Of a DNA stretch of 64,000 bases, positions 52,040-64,000 are shown piece after piece. How positions within the stretch are numbered: the stretch's first letter is position 1; every line of letters begins with the position of its first letter. The position numbers and the translations under genes were made by a program. This DNA comes from Octopus sinensis (Eukaryota), in the NCBI RefSeq assembly GCF_006345805.1, contig NC_043006.1, forward strand, positions 84,506,001 to 84,570,000. Reading direction: 5' to 3'. The notes beneath the pieces are model-generated. The model searched no databases, had not been told where the DNA came from, and was given only the letters and a program-made list of their open reading frames with translations.

Positions 52040-52225
52040 TGACGTCAAGAATTCCTGCCGTTTTAGAACGCTTATTTATTTTTACTACATTATTTATTTA
52101 TTTATTCATTTATTTATCTATTTAGTAAGTAGCTAGCTATGATAATTTTGCTAGAGCTAACTCCTCTGTGTCTCTCCAAACACAACGCGTCTTTTTGTTT
52201 CAGCCATTCACTACAAATGACGTCA
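52040..52225. promoter_or_regulatory. Two perfect CRE palindromes TGACGTCA
   Basis: At 52040-52047 and 52218-52225 in non-repetitive sequence. Confidence 0.35.
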
Positions 52226-52339
52226 GCAGAGTCTTATCAGGTATTTTCTATGTACGCCATTTGTAATTGCTAGTATGGCTTCTGCTAACTCAACTGCGTA
52301 AACATTCATCTTTTCTTCTTTTATTTTGTTCAGAAATCG

Positions 52340-52700
52340 TATCATCATCATCATCATCATCACCACCACCACCACCATCACCACCATCACCAAAAACCAC
52401 CACCACCACCACCACCACCCTCACTATCACCATCACCATCACCATCACCACCACCACCACCACCACCACCGCCGCCACCACCACCACCACCACCACCACC
52501 ACCACCACCGCCGCCACCACCACCACCACCACCACCATCACCACCACCACCACCATCACCATCACCATCACCATCATCACTATCACCATCACCACCACCA
52601 CCACCACCACCACCACCACCACCGCCACCACACCACCACCACCACCACCACCATCGCCGTCGTCGTTATCGTCATCATCATCATCATCATCATCGTTATT
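52340..52700. repeat. Compound (CAT)/(CAC)/(CGC) microsatellite
   Basis: Read directly. Confidence 0.95.
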
Positions 52701-53603
52701 TTCTTCGTCGTTATGCAATTTATTTATTTCTATTTAAATAAGAACTTTATCCGTTTCTGCAAAAACTAAATAATTAAATAAATAATAATTCATTGGCGGT
52801 CTTTCATTTCTTTCTTTCTTTCTTTTTCTTTTTCGTTTTTTTTTTCTATCTTTTTGATTAATACTGATTTGTTTCGTTTTTATGCACAAGCCAACTAACT
52901 CTGCTTAAAGCCAGAACTTGTGCAAGATCGCTGTTCCATTTGTAATGGGATCTTTAAGAGCCATAAGAAGGTCAATTACTTTCACTTTTCGTAAAGAGCT
53001 GTGAATGCCTTGGGCGATTAGAGCGAAGTGAAGACTGTTGCGATAAAATCTTGATCTCTAACAAAGACGCAGTTTTCTTAAAAATAATTCAATGTGAGAC
53101 ACGGTTATTGTGGAATTGAGCGTATCAGTTTGGCTCTATTTTAAAGTATCTTTGCTTTTATTAATATGGTTTCTTTTGATCGGACACTAGACATATTGTT
53201 TTAAAGGAGGCGGAGGAAAAACGTGATCGATTGTATTGACTAACATGCTACTAATACAGCGTGCGGCAGAAAAACATCCCATATTTTACACAACTGTTAA
53301 TATGCCTCTAGTGAAGTTAGACAGGTAATAATGGTGTTTCCATGTAGCTATTGTTTTATTGTTTTTTTAAGTTACCACCGCTTTTCTTGTTTCTTTTTGT
53401 TTTGTAGGTGAATAGTGTTTTCAAGTACAACGTTTCTACCTAGATTAGCTAGATATATATGGTACTCTATTTTATAAGAGGCGACAGAAAACCCTCCAAT
53501 ATACAGCACGGCCATTGTAGTGGCGCTAGTAAAGTTAATGAGCGAGTAAGGGTGTCTTCATGTAGCTAATATTCTACCCCCTTTCTTTTTTACTCTAGTT
53601 ACT

Positions 53604-53838
53604 TATTTCTCTATTGCCCATAAGAGGCTAAACATAGAGGGGACAAACAAGGACAGACAAACGGATTAAGTCGGTTATATAGACCCCAGTGCGTAACTGG
53701 TACTTAATTTATCGACCCCGAAAGGATGAAAGGCAAAGTCGACCTCGGCGGAATTTGAACTCAGAACGTAACGACAGACGAAATACGGCTACGCATTTCG
53801 CCCGGCGTGCTAACGTTTCTGCCGGTTCGCCGCCTTCA
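53604..53838 (-). mobile_element. Full-length family B SINE, tail 1
   Basis: Approximate 17-18-bp TSD TTTTTTACT(C/T)TAGT(T/C)ACT at 53586-53603 and ~53848-53865. Confidence 0.88.
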
Positions 53839-54089
53839 GCTCGCCTTTTTTTTACTTTAGTCACTATCAATATTTGGCCCAGTGTACGTCGTGCGTTTAC
53901 TATAGAAATATATATCAAGAATATTGGCTGATATTTTTTGCCTTGCCTTTCTTTGAGATCTCAGCTCCCCATGAAGTCACAGGGGAACAGCTGTATTATA
54001 CAGCATGCCTTGCCATTTAAATCTGGCGGAGCACATCCTTCTCTAGGCTTGATTACAGTCGATTGATTACCGAGAAAGAGAAGGGGACA

Positions 54090-54930
54090 GAGGGACAGAA
54101 GAAAGGTGACAGAGACAGAGAAAGGAGAATTGACTGTCTCCTCAGTACTGGTATTTTATTTCATCGACATCCGAAGGATAAAAAGCAATGTTGACTACGG
54201 CAGGATTTGAACTCAGAACACAGAGAACTGGAGCAAATACGGCAAAGCCATGTAACCTACGCTCTAACGACTCTACCACTTAGGCACTTTATGCCATCAT
54301 CTTGTGGGAAGCAGATCGATGAAATACAAAGTAGACGAGCCAATGGGGGAGCATTTGTACTAGGTGTGGATGTGTGGTAAAAAATTGCTTCCCACATGGA
54401 ACCACATGGTTCCGGGTTCAGTCCCACTGCATGGAACCTTCGGTAAGTGTTTTTTCCGCTAGATCATGGGTCCGACCAAAGTCTGGTGAGTGGATTTGGT
54501 AGACAGAAAGTGACTATTGCTTGACAACCGGTGTTGGCGTGTTTACGTAGCCGTAACTTAACCGCTCAACTGAAATTCTCAAAGACGGTGCACCAGTATG
54601 GTCGCAGTCTGAAACAAGTAAACGATAAAAGATAAAAGACACAGCCGCAGCCATGTTTCGCCCCCCCCCACATGGCTCAGGTTTATAAACCAAAAATTTT
54701 ATGTTATTATTAATTTGAAACTAAAGGCGGCGAGTTGGCAGAATCGTTAGCGCACCGGACAAAATGCTTAACGACATTTCATCCGTCTTTACGTACTGAG
54801 TTCAAATACTGCGGAGGTCAATTTTGTCTTTCATCCTTTCGGGGTCGATAAATTAAGTACCAGTCGAGCACTGGGGTCGATATAATCGACTACTCCCCTC
54901 AAGCCAAATTTCAGGCCTTGTACCTTGTAC
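54090..54930. mobile_element. SINE cluster: family B minus (54090-54290), family C plus (54360-54640), family B plus (54723-54930)
   Basis: Blocks shared with the other copies. Confidence 0.8.
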
Positions 54931-55081
54931 ATCATGCAAAAAACCCCGTCTTCAGCAGGTGAATATATGCAAGAAACATTTTGAATAGCTCAATAACAAG
55001 TACAAAGTACCATTTTGACTCTACCGATCAAAATTCGGTCAGGGAGTACCTGGTTAGCTTGAATCCTGGAGATTTTATATA

Positions 55082-55695
55082 TGCACATAGTCTGATCAAT
55101 AAGTATTCGGGCTGTTGCTATCATAACGAAGCTAAAGCACGTAGAGTAAAGCTGCTTGGCACAGATTGACCTTGAACACTGCTGTGCATGCGCAACAAGT
55201 TTTAACGTTCTAGCTCACTTCCGCTGTTTACAGTAGTGCTTGGAAGGAAGGTATGTGGCGTGTGATCGTCGCATTGAACATGAGAAAGTTGAGCTGAGAA
55301 TCTGCATCAAATTTTGCCAAAAGCTTGACGCTACTTGCTCAGAAGCCTACGAAATGATTTAAAAAAAAATTTTCACCGTTCTCGACACAATCAAGGATAT
55401 CTTATGCAACTGAAACCCGAGTGACTATTTGGTCAACTGAAAGCAGTTTTGGCACAAGCTTGACAGACACGCGTTTCATACCCAAATATTCAATGATAAT
55501 GAATTGAACTGAACCGTAACTAATCTCCACATCCTCTGATAATTCAGGGATAGTGGTTCGAGGATTTGCCCTCACAGCTGCACGCACATCTGCGATGTTT
55601 TTCTCACTTCTGTTGGTTGCGGGTCTCTCAGAACTTTCGTCAATATCGACATTTCTCGGCTATCTTGGAAACGTCTAAACCGCTCGTACACTTGT
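55082..55695. mobile_element. Mariner-family transposon 5' part with internal inversion
   Basis: TIR-like GTCTGATCAATAAGTATTCGG; plus strand EKVELRICIKFCQKLDATCSEAYEMI; minus strand (55366-55695) SHTQVYERFRRFQD...ERPATNRSEKNIADVRAAVRANPRTTI...LGMKRVSVKLVPKLLSVDQ. Confidence 0.85.
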
Positions 55696-55801
55696 GTGTG
55701 GCTCTTACACTCCGCTCAGCTTAGCCAGCGGGGTGGCGTCATTTGAAGGCTAAAACAATGCGAAGCGCATTGTAACACACACACACACGGTCACGGTGGT
55801 G

Positions 55802-55852
<51 letters not shown>

Positions 55853-55905
55853 ACACATATATATATATATATATGTATATATGTATATATATATATATAT
55901 ATATC

Positions 55906-55997
<92 letters not shown>

Positions 55998-56000
<3 letters not shown>

Positions 56001-56190
56001 GAGTTCTGATCAAAAAATATCGGGACCGATACTATGGTGGTCACAGAGCTAAAATACGCAGAGGGAAGCCACTTAGCACAAGTTTATCTTGAACTCAGTC
56101 ACACATACACATTAAGTTACAACGCTTCGCTCTCGTTGCTTTTAGCAGTGTTTAGAAGTAAAATGTGTAAAGCGTAGACGTCTCACCAGA
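55998..56190 (+). mobile_element. Second mariner 5' end in a (TA)n tract
   Basis: TACGAGTTCTGATCAAAAAATATCGGGAC with downstream similarity to 55082-55260. Confidence 0.7.
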
Positions 56191-57626
56191 CTACAGAGGT
56201 TCTGTCAGAGTAAATGTGTGTGTGCGCGCGCGCGTCCTTTCGTGGAAAGAGGCCAAGAATCTTTCCAAAAATCAAATCTCAAGATTTGAAGGCCTCGAGG
56301 AAATCCAAGAGCTACCTGATTGTGTTCTATGTCTGCTAAACTTTTAAAAATGTTGTAAGTGGCAATTGTCTTCACTGAGTTGGGTGTGTTCGAATTGACT
56401 GGTGATTTATTTTTATCGACCCCGAAAGGATGAAACGTAAAGTTAATTTCGCTGTGTTTCGAACTGAGAATGTAAAGAGCAATAACGGGTCTCAGCTTAT
56501 CATTTTTGTCCGACATTATAAACGATTCAGCCACTCACTCCACCGCTATCACTTCTAGTATGATATTTCAAATGATTCACGCAGACGATGGACTATATTA
56601 CGCAATAGATCTAACGACCTTGTTCAGTGAAAAAAAAATTAATAATAAGACGGAAAAGTATTGTATTTACGTTAGCGTGTTGAGGCAAGATGGCTGAATT
56701 GATAAATCCAGTGAAAGAGAGATAGTAAGATCTCTGTTTTGTTTGCTTCCGTCAAGCATTCATTTCCATTGGTGAGTTTGATGTAGCTGATGTTCACCTT
56801 AAACTTACTGATAGAATCATGCTTGATTTAATGGTAAAATGGACACGAACGGTGCAACCCCCACTCCCAGAAAATCAGCTCTTTTCATCTAAACCAATAA
56901 TCAATAATTTATAAATTATCGATTTTTCCCTTGTGTACAAGAGCTCTCAATTTATAGATGAATAAATGGGATGCTGTAATCTTCATGTCTTCCCTAAATG
57001 TATTAGTCTTTTTGCTTTTTGTTGGTGGCGATGGATATCCTTTTAAAGGCTATAATAAACACCATCTTATTTCTAAGCTGTCACATGGTATATTTACGTC
57101 CAAATGATATCTTAACGGCCATTTAATATTTTATATCCACTAAATAACTCTCTTTTACCATACGATATTTCATAGTATCGACCCTCAGTTTCGTATCTCT
57201 CTTATTCTGTTAAATTTGTCTTTCCTTTCTACGGGAATCGAGAAAATAAATATACGTAATATACGATACCATGCCATGCTATAATCCTTAACTACTTGAT
57301 GTAGTCGTGGTGTTGCTGTCCCGACGTGATATACGACGTGTCCTGGGCAACTTTTAGACCTAGTGGGGCCTATCTCTCTATCGTACTTTTACATTATCTC
57401 ATCACTTCATCGACAAAGAAACACCAACAAATGATGTTACATATTCCGAAATAAAATCATACACTACTGCTTTCCTTTTCAACATTAGTGCCTTTTTACG
57501 AATCTTTCCTCACACTCAACAAAGGGCTCAGGAATATACAACGCACAGCGTGTGGCAATGTTTATTTCGGCTCCACTTACTCAGTTTTATGTATGTGCCA
57601 GGTTAGTTACAGGTATGATAAAAATA

Positions 57627-57787
57627 AACATTCAGACAAATACATGTCCAAAACACCAGGAGTTACAAGCATATATAACATACAGAAAAGAACACTACTA
57701 AGCACTGCACATGCCTAAGTCACACAGAGCTGCGCTCGGTAGTGCAGTGAAACCACGTGATAAAGATAAGTCTATTGAATAATAATA

Positions 57788-57818
<31 letters not shown>

Positions 57819-57819
57819 T
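57627..57819 (+). mobile_element. Short, internally deleted R4/Dong-like 3' end plus (AAT)n
   Basis: SDKYMSKTPGVTSIYNIQKRTLLSTAH and CACACAGAGCTGCGCTCGGTAGTG, same family as 61009-61632. Confidence 0.85.
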
Positions 57820-60800
57820 CAATTCTTTTTTATTGGCCACAAGGGCTAACACGCATGATTACATAAAGGGACAAGACAGGACGAAAGGTTACAAAGGGTT
57901 TTGTCCGTTTGTTAAAAAATCCGTGTAAAAATACATTAACAATAGTTATAATAAAACAATGAAAAACTCCCAAAAGGGGGAGACGTTTCGAAAGGTTCCT
58001 GGTGGAAAAACCCTACAAAAGCCAACGGGAGCCTGGTCTAAAAAGGGGGTGTAGAGAGTCCCCTTTTTTCTCCTTTTGTATTACCTTTTTGAAATCACAG
58101 GCGAAACCTGAGAACTGGTCCATTTATACAGGCCAGTCTCGCACAATTCACCCACCTTTCATAAAACTTGCTATCGGACAGCACTTTCCTCTCTAACCTC
58201 ATCTTCCTTTTCAAGTGAAACTTGAAAAAGTTGATGAGGCCTTGACCAAAGAGGAAGTGTCTGTCTTTAGCCCTTTCAAACGAGTCCACCACACGACCTC
58301 TTTCGCCACAGCCACTAGGCACAAGAAAACGGCCTCGCCCTCCTTGTTAAAGGAGGTCGGCGGGGCAATCTTCACTATGGATTCGGCCGATAGTCGGATC
58401 CGTCCTATACGTGACAGTAGCTGTTCGACATAAACCCATATTTCAGCAATACTCGGGCACTGGACGAGTGCGTGCAGGACGGTTTCGTCGTCCTGGCAAC
58501 ACCTCGGGCAGGCCCGGCTGACGGCACTTCCGTGCCGGTAGAGTTTATCTCGAACAGGCAGAGCCCCTCGGTAGCACTGCCAGGCGAGAGACCTCTGGAA
58601 ATTATCCATCGGCCCCGGCCCGAAAGTCCTCCCGAACAGACCGCACAGTTCGTCATCTTCAACGCCTAGAGTTTCCCCGAGAACGTCGTCGCATTTTTCC
58701 TCCACTAACCCTCTATAGAACGCTAGAGTGGAGCTGTAACCGATCGCATTGCCCGCCTGACGGAGGTCGGAGAGGGCTTGACGGCACTCGAGGTGCCAAG
58801 CGCTCTTTCTCGGTCTACGTTTGATCCAGGTCTGCAGCTCCGTCAAAGAGACGAGCTGCGGAAAATCGCGTCTGACAAAAGACGACCACACCTGTTCACC
58901 GTCTAGGAAGCGCTTGAGATGCCGCAGCCTGAGCGCATGTCTGCGCAACAGCAACCACGGCATTCCAAGGCCTCCGTTCAGCGGTCGTTGACAGCAGATG
59001 GATCGCCTGACCAGTGGCACCTGACCCTTCCACAAAAAGTCGAAGAGCAGACGTACCAGCTTGGCCAACCAGCGGTCGGGACAAGGGACGACGGTCAAGC
59101 GGTAATAGATGACGGATGCGATGTACGCATTCGCCACCTCCGCTCGACCTTTCAGGGACAGCTTCCTCTCGGCCCATTTCTGGGTGAGACGTGCCACCCT
59201 GCTCGTCACCTCTTCCCAGTTCTTATCCACCTGGAGGTCCGGACCGAACCAGACCCCGAGCAGTTTAACGGTGTTGGACGACGCTGTTGGACGGCATGGG
59301 CTTGCCTCTCCAGGTGCCCAGTTGCAAGCCCACAGACTTTTCCGCGTTAATCTTTGCTCCTGTCACCGCTTCGTACTGGTTTAGCGTCTCGCCAATCAGG
59401 CCAATGTGCCTGTGGCTCGACACTACCACGGTGACGTCGTCGGCATAGGCAGACACGCTGTTTCCGCCTCCTAGATCGCGCGAGATACCCCTCAAAGCCT
59501 CCAACTTGCGCAGTAATGGCTCGAGAGTCAAAATGTACAAGAGGGAGGAGAGAGGGCATCCTTGGCGGACCGAACGCGAGATGTCGAACGGTTCCGAAAG
59601 GTGACCGTTCACCCGTATCACCGAGCAGATGTTGCTGTATAAAGCAGCGATCCACCCGCGGAAGACTGGACCGAAGCCGGCTGCCCTGAGGACAGCTGCC
59701 AGGTACCGATGGTCGACCCTATCGAAGGCTTTACTCTGATCCAAGTTGATCAAAGCCCCACCCGCGCCAGCGTCGTTACCCACCCTCTCTATGATGTAGC
59801 GCATGAGATGGAGGTTGTCGTGTATCGACCTGGTCGGCACGGCGCATGTCTGCGTCTTGCCGACCAGCTTGTCCACGACAAGCGCCAATCTCTTGGCTAG
59901 CACCTTGGCCAAAATCTTCAACTCTGCATTGAGCAGAGTGATGGGCCGGAAATTCCCTATAACGTCCCCCTTGTTTGGGTCCTTCTTTAGCAAAGCCACC
60001 ACCCCTCGACAGACAAAAGCAGGAATTCTCCCGTTTTGCTGCCAGTTGCAGTAGACATTTGCCAACAGTTCCGCAAACAAGTCTGGCATTGAAAAGTAAA
60101 GCTCGTAGGGCAGACCATCCAAACCCGGCGATCTACCTCTCGTGCAACTCTTCATCGCTTCCTGTACTTCCCAGGCAGATATCGGTCCTTCGCAGCACTC
60201 TGCCTCGCTGTCCGAGAGTTGCGGTAGGCCGTCCAGGTACACACCGAAGTGTGCACCGTTGTCCGTTCCACCGCTCGTCCCAAACAGTTGAGCAAAGTGC
60301 CGCTGAAGCACCGTACACATCTGCTTCGGTTGGGTAACCTCGCGCCCGTTCTGGTCCACCAAAGACCGAATGGTTGCTCTGTTGCCTCGCTTCGCCTCCG
60401 CCACGCGGGCCCATCGAGCGGCTCTAGTCCCCTCCCCGCTTAGCGAACGTGCCTTAGCTCTGACAACGCAACCTTCGTGTTTGGCGTCGAAGTGTTGGTC
60501 GAGGGCCAACCTTGCCGCCAACACGTCGGTCGCGATGCCAGTGTCAAGAGCCTCGTCTAGTTTCTTAACTAAATCCCGCTCTCTCTTCCTACGTTCAATA
60601 GCTAGAGTCTTACTATACCTAATCGACTCTACTCTAATTGCTCTCTTGAGGGCAAACCACCAGTTGTTGTTGATGATTGCCCCCGTGAGCGCCCGCTTAA
60701 CTAGTAAACTAATCCGGTCTCTGTAAGCTTTGCACGCCGTTAACGACGCGTTCAGCTTCCAGTAGCCGGGTCCCTGTCTATGTAGCCTATCTAAGTCGAC

Positions 60801-60945
60801 CGTACAGATCACTAATTTGTGGTCCGTATATTCGACTAGGTGGAATTGTGGACACCCTACGCTGTCCTTATCCGCTGGCCTACAAAACACTCTATCTAAG
60901 TACGATCTAGACGACCCGATGCGGTTTGTCCAAGTCCACATAACA
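57820..60945 (-). mobile_element. Tx1/L1-clade LINE, 5'-truncated inside the APE domain, little decay
   Basis: YLDRVF...TDHKLV...GPGYWKLNASL; SPGLDGLPYELY; NFRPITLLNAELKILAKVL; LDQSKAFDRV; SVRQGCPLS; AYADDVTV; zf-RVT CPRCCQDDETVLHALVQCP. Frameshifts near 59270 and 58235; 3' UTR ~57820-58094; (AAT)n on both sides. Confidence 0.95.
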
Positions 60946-61008
<63 letters not shown>

Positions 61009-61601
61009 TATTCACAGACATGACAGAGTTGGAACCTACATACATTGGAAGCTATGCCAACATTATGGAATAACAACAGAAAAAAGATGGTATAGGCACA
61101 CACCAGAAAAGGTCACAGAAAACGAGAAAGCAACCATACTCTGGGATATGCCGATACACACAGATAGAGAAATTAAGGCCAACAGACCAGATATAGTTGT
61201 CAGAGACCATGAAGAAAAAAAATGCTTTCTAATTGATGTATCAATACCGGCTGATGACAACGTTTCTCTAAAAGAAATGGAGAAACTCTCAAAATACAAA
61301 GACCTGGAAATAGAGGTAACTAGAATGTGGAACCTGAAAACAGAAACAATTCCTATCATAGTAGGTGCATTAGGCATGATAAAAAAATATTCAGACAAAT
61401 ACATAACAAAAACACCAGGACTTACAAACACATATAACATACAGAAAATTGCACTACTAGGCACTGCACACATCCTACGCAGAACACTTTCCATACAATA
61501 ACCATCAGAGCATCACAACAAATCACAGCACATACTCAAGGCACACAGAGCTGCGCTCGGTAGTGAAGTGAAAGCACGCTATAAAAATAAAAATAAAACT
61601 A

Positions 61602-61632
<31 letters not shown>
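61009..61632 (+). mobile_element. R4/Dong-like 3' fragment (RLE domain open), family 1
   Basis: HRHDRVGTYIHW...ILWDMPIHTD...RPDIVV...LIDVSIPAD...EKLSKYKDL...ALLGTAHILRRTL*; ends CTACTGAAT(AAT)n. Confidence 0.92.
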
Positions 61633-61633
<1 letters not shown>

Positions 61634-62065
61634 GGCTTTGTCGAAAATAGAAATGCAAATATCCCATGGGATTTTATGATTCAGTGCGAATAGGAAGCGA
61701 ATAGAAAACAAACTATGCTGGATCATAAATATAGCATGCCCAGCTGACAACAAGGTGTGCGATAAGGAAGGAAGAAAAGTCGAGAATATGACAGGTTAGC
61801 TTGGGAAGTTAAGCAGTTGTGGTCGATGAAAAAGGTAGCAGTAGTACCAATAATTGTCGGAGCCCTAGGAACAGTGAGCAAAAGTCTCGAGAAGTACGTA
61901 GAACAAATAGGGGCTGCAATAAGGGTGGAGTACTTGCAGAAAACAGCACTGCTTGGAACCGCTCGAATACTCCGGAAGGTGCTCGGAAAATAAGAGGTGT
62001 TACCTTAGTTCACTGGAACAGCTGACACTGTAGTACCTCTCCAGCGTTAAAAACTGTGCAAAGGC

Positions 62066-62129
<64 letters not shown>
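61633..62129 (+). mobile_element. R4/Dong-like 3' fragment, family 2
   Basis: PWDFMIQC...INIACPADNKV...YDRLAWEVKQLW...VPIIVGALG...LQKTALLGTARILRKVL*; different 3' UTR; (AAT)n tail. Confidence 0.88.
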
Positions 62130-62132
<3 letters not shown>

Positions 62133-62515
62133 GATTGAAAAGTACAGACGACTAAAATACGAAATTGCAAGAATATGGACTATGAGGAGAGTGTCTATCA
62201 GTCTAGTAGTTGTAGGGGCACTCGGGCCACTAACAACCAAGTTCGAGAAATATGTCAGAGAAATTGGAATTGACATGGGAGCAGAGCAAGCAAAAAAAAC
62301 TATTTTGCTGGGGACAGCTAGGATTTTGAGATTGGTACATGGAGATTGAATGTCTCCCACGATAATTAACAACTAGGTATCAAAGCTTATAACGTGTGGA
62401 TAGAGACCCCGTGAGACCTCCTACAGCCAGCTGCTGTCTGCTCTCACAGAATCTGGCAGAACAAACAAGAACGAAAGTTCTGAGAAGTAAAACAATAATA
62501 ATGATAATAATAATG
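62130..62515 (+). mobile_element. R4/Dong-like 3' fragment, family 3
   Basis: KIEKYRRLKYEIARIW...VVVGALG...KTILLGTARILRLV; third 3' UTR; AAT-rich tail. Confidence 0.85.
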
Positions 62516-62715
62516 ATTTCAAATTTTGACACAAGGCAAAAAATTTAGGGGAGGGGATTACATCGACCCCAGTACTCAACTGGTACTTATTTTATCGACC
62601 TCGGAAGGATGAAAGGCAGTCAGCCTCAGCGGCTTTTCAACCTAGAAGTGAAGACGTAAATTCTGCTAAGCATTTTGCGCTGCGTGTTAACGATTCTGCC
62701 AGCTCGGCGCCTTAG
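62516..62715 (-). mobile_element. Family B SINE, tail 2
   Basis: Core CGACCTCGGAAGGATGAAAGGC; tail abuts the AAT tract. Confidence 0.85.
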
Positions 62716-63479
62716 CAATAATAACAACAAAACAACAAGAATAATAATAATAAACACGGGAAAATAAAACGAAGTAAAGCTTATATATGGTCATAAGACT
62801 CACACAAATGCGTTAAACATGACTGACATTTTTATTTTATGTGTCAAAACTAACGTATTTACTGCTGATGTAAGACGTAAGGTGTCGTTGAAAAACATGG
62901 CCGTCACACAACACAAACGCTTCTGTATTATTGTTGTTTAGAGAGATATATCATCAAAATATATGACTCCATCGGTACATGCAAAATACTGTTATCAGAA
63001 GATTACCATGTTTGCGTGTTTGCTTCTCTTTGCTTGTTTGTTTGTTTGCTTGTTTGTTTGTTTGTGTGTGTGAGTGTATGTGAATGTGTGTGCGGGTGTG
63101 TGAGAGAGATAGGGAGAGGGAGAGAGGGCGAGAGTGAGAGTGAGAGAAAGAAAGGGAGATCTTATAAAAGAAAGAAAAACAAATCAATACATAAGTAGAG
63201 TATATATTATTCATGAGTTTTACAGTTACATAACTCATCTCAAGGGTATATGTGTGTCTGTTTGTGTGGGCATGCGCATTTGTGTATGTCAGTGTGTGTG
63301 TGTGGGCGCGCGCGCGTGTGTGTATGTCAGTGTGTGTGTATACACAAATACATAAATATATGTATACAAAAACATACGTACGTATACATTTCTCTCTATC
63401 TATCTAGTTATACACACACATACACATGTATACAGATACACACCCACCCACTCACACCCCACATACACACAGATATATA

Positions 63480-63950
<471 letters not shown>

Positions 63951-64000
63951 GGAATGTTGTTTACAACATTCCAAGATGTAGCCAAACAATTATTCTTTTA

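Noticed and set aside
53409-53545. Possible non-coding exon (TTTTGTAG...GA|GTAAGG)
   Set aside because: Splice-like signals alone are common in AT-rich DNA; no ORF or other support.
56731-56780. 15-nt microexon between AAG and GTGAGT
   Set aside because: Weak acceptor; cannot be distinguished from chance.
60946-61103. N-terminal extension of the 612-aa ORF
   Set aside because: It is read-through of an antisense R4 fragment and (ATT)n, not part of the Tx1 protein.

Overview
Repeat-saturated, AT-rich eukaryotic DNA. The tRNA-derived SINE families and very long (TA)n/(CA)n/(AAT)n/(CAT)n microsatellites suggest an octopus (coleoid cephalopod) genome; this is an inference. I can support no intact host protein-coding gene, so the window is probably intergenic or a large intron, and most track ORFs are microsatellite translations. 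Transposons supported by protein motifs: a 5'-truncated Tx1/L1-clade LINE (57820-60945, minus), a Penelope-like element (PLE; RT + GIY-YIG, ~39850-42240), an RTE LINE, several R4/Dong-like RLE LINEs, a CR1 fragment, mariner pieces, a probable Helitron end and dozens of SINEs. Main observations: (1) about eleven minimal type I hammerhead ribozyme motifs with palindromic helix III, one with an intact catalytic core (26469-26546), one joined to a tRNA-like head (225-566) and one in a foldback (49896-50248); (2) one SINE subfamily whose 3' tail matches the 3' end of the Tx1 LINE; (3) an (AAT)n landing pad with four R4/Dong-type 3' ends from three families plus the Tx1 and a SINE in the opposite orientation; (4) several foldback, palindrome and templated-insertion structures; (5) a pair of perfect CRE sites in unique sequence. 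All alignments were done by eye and many element boundaries are approximate.
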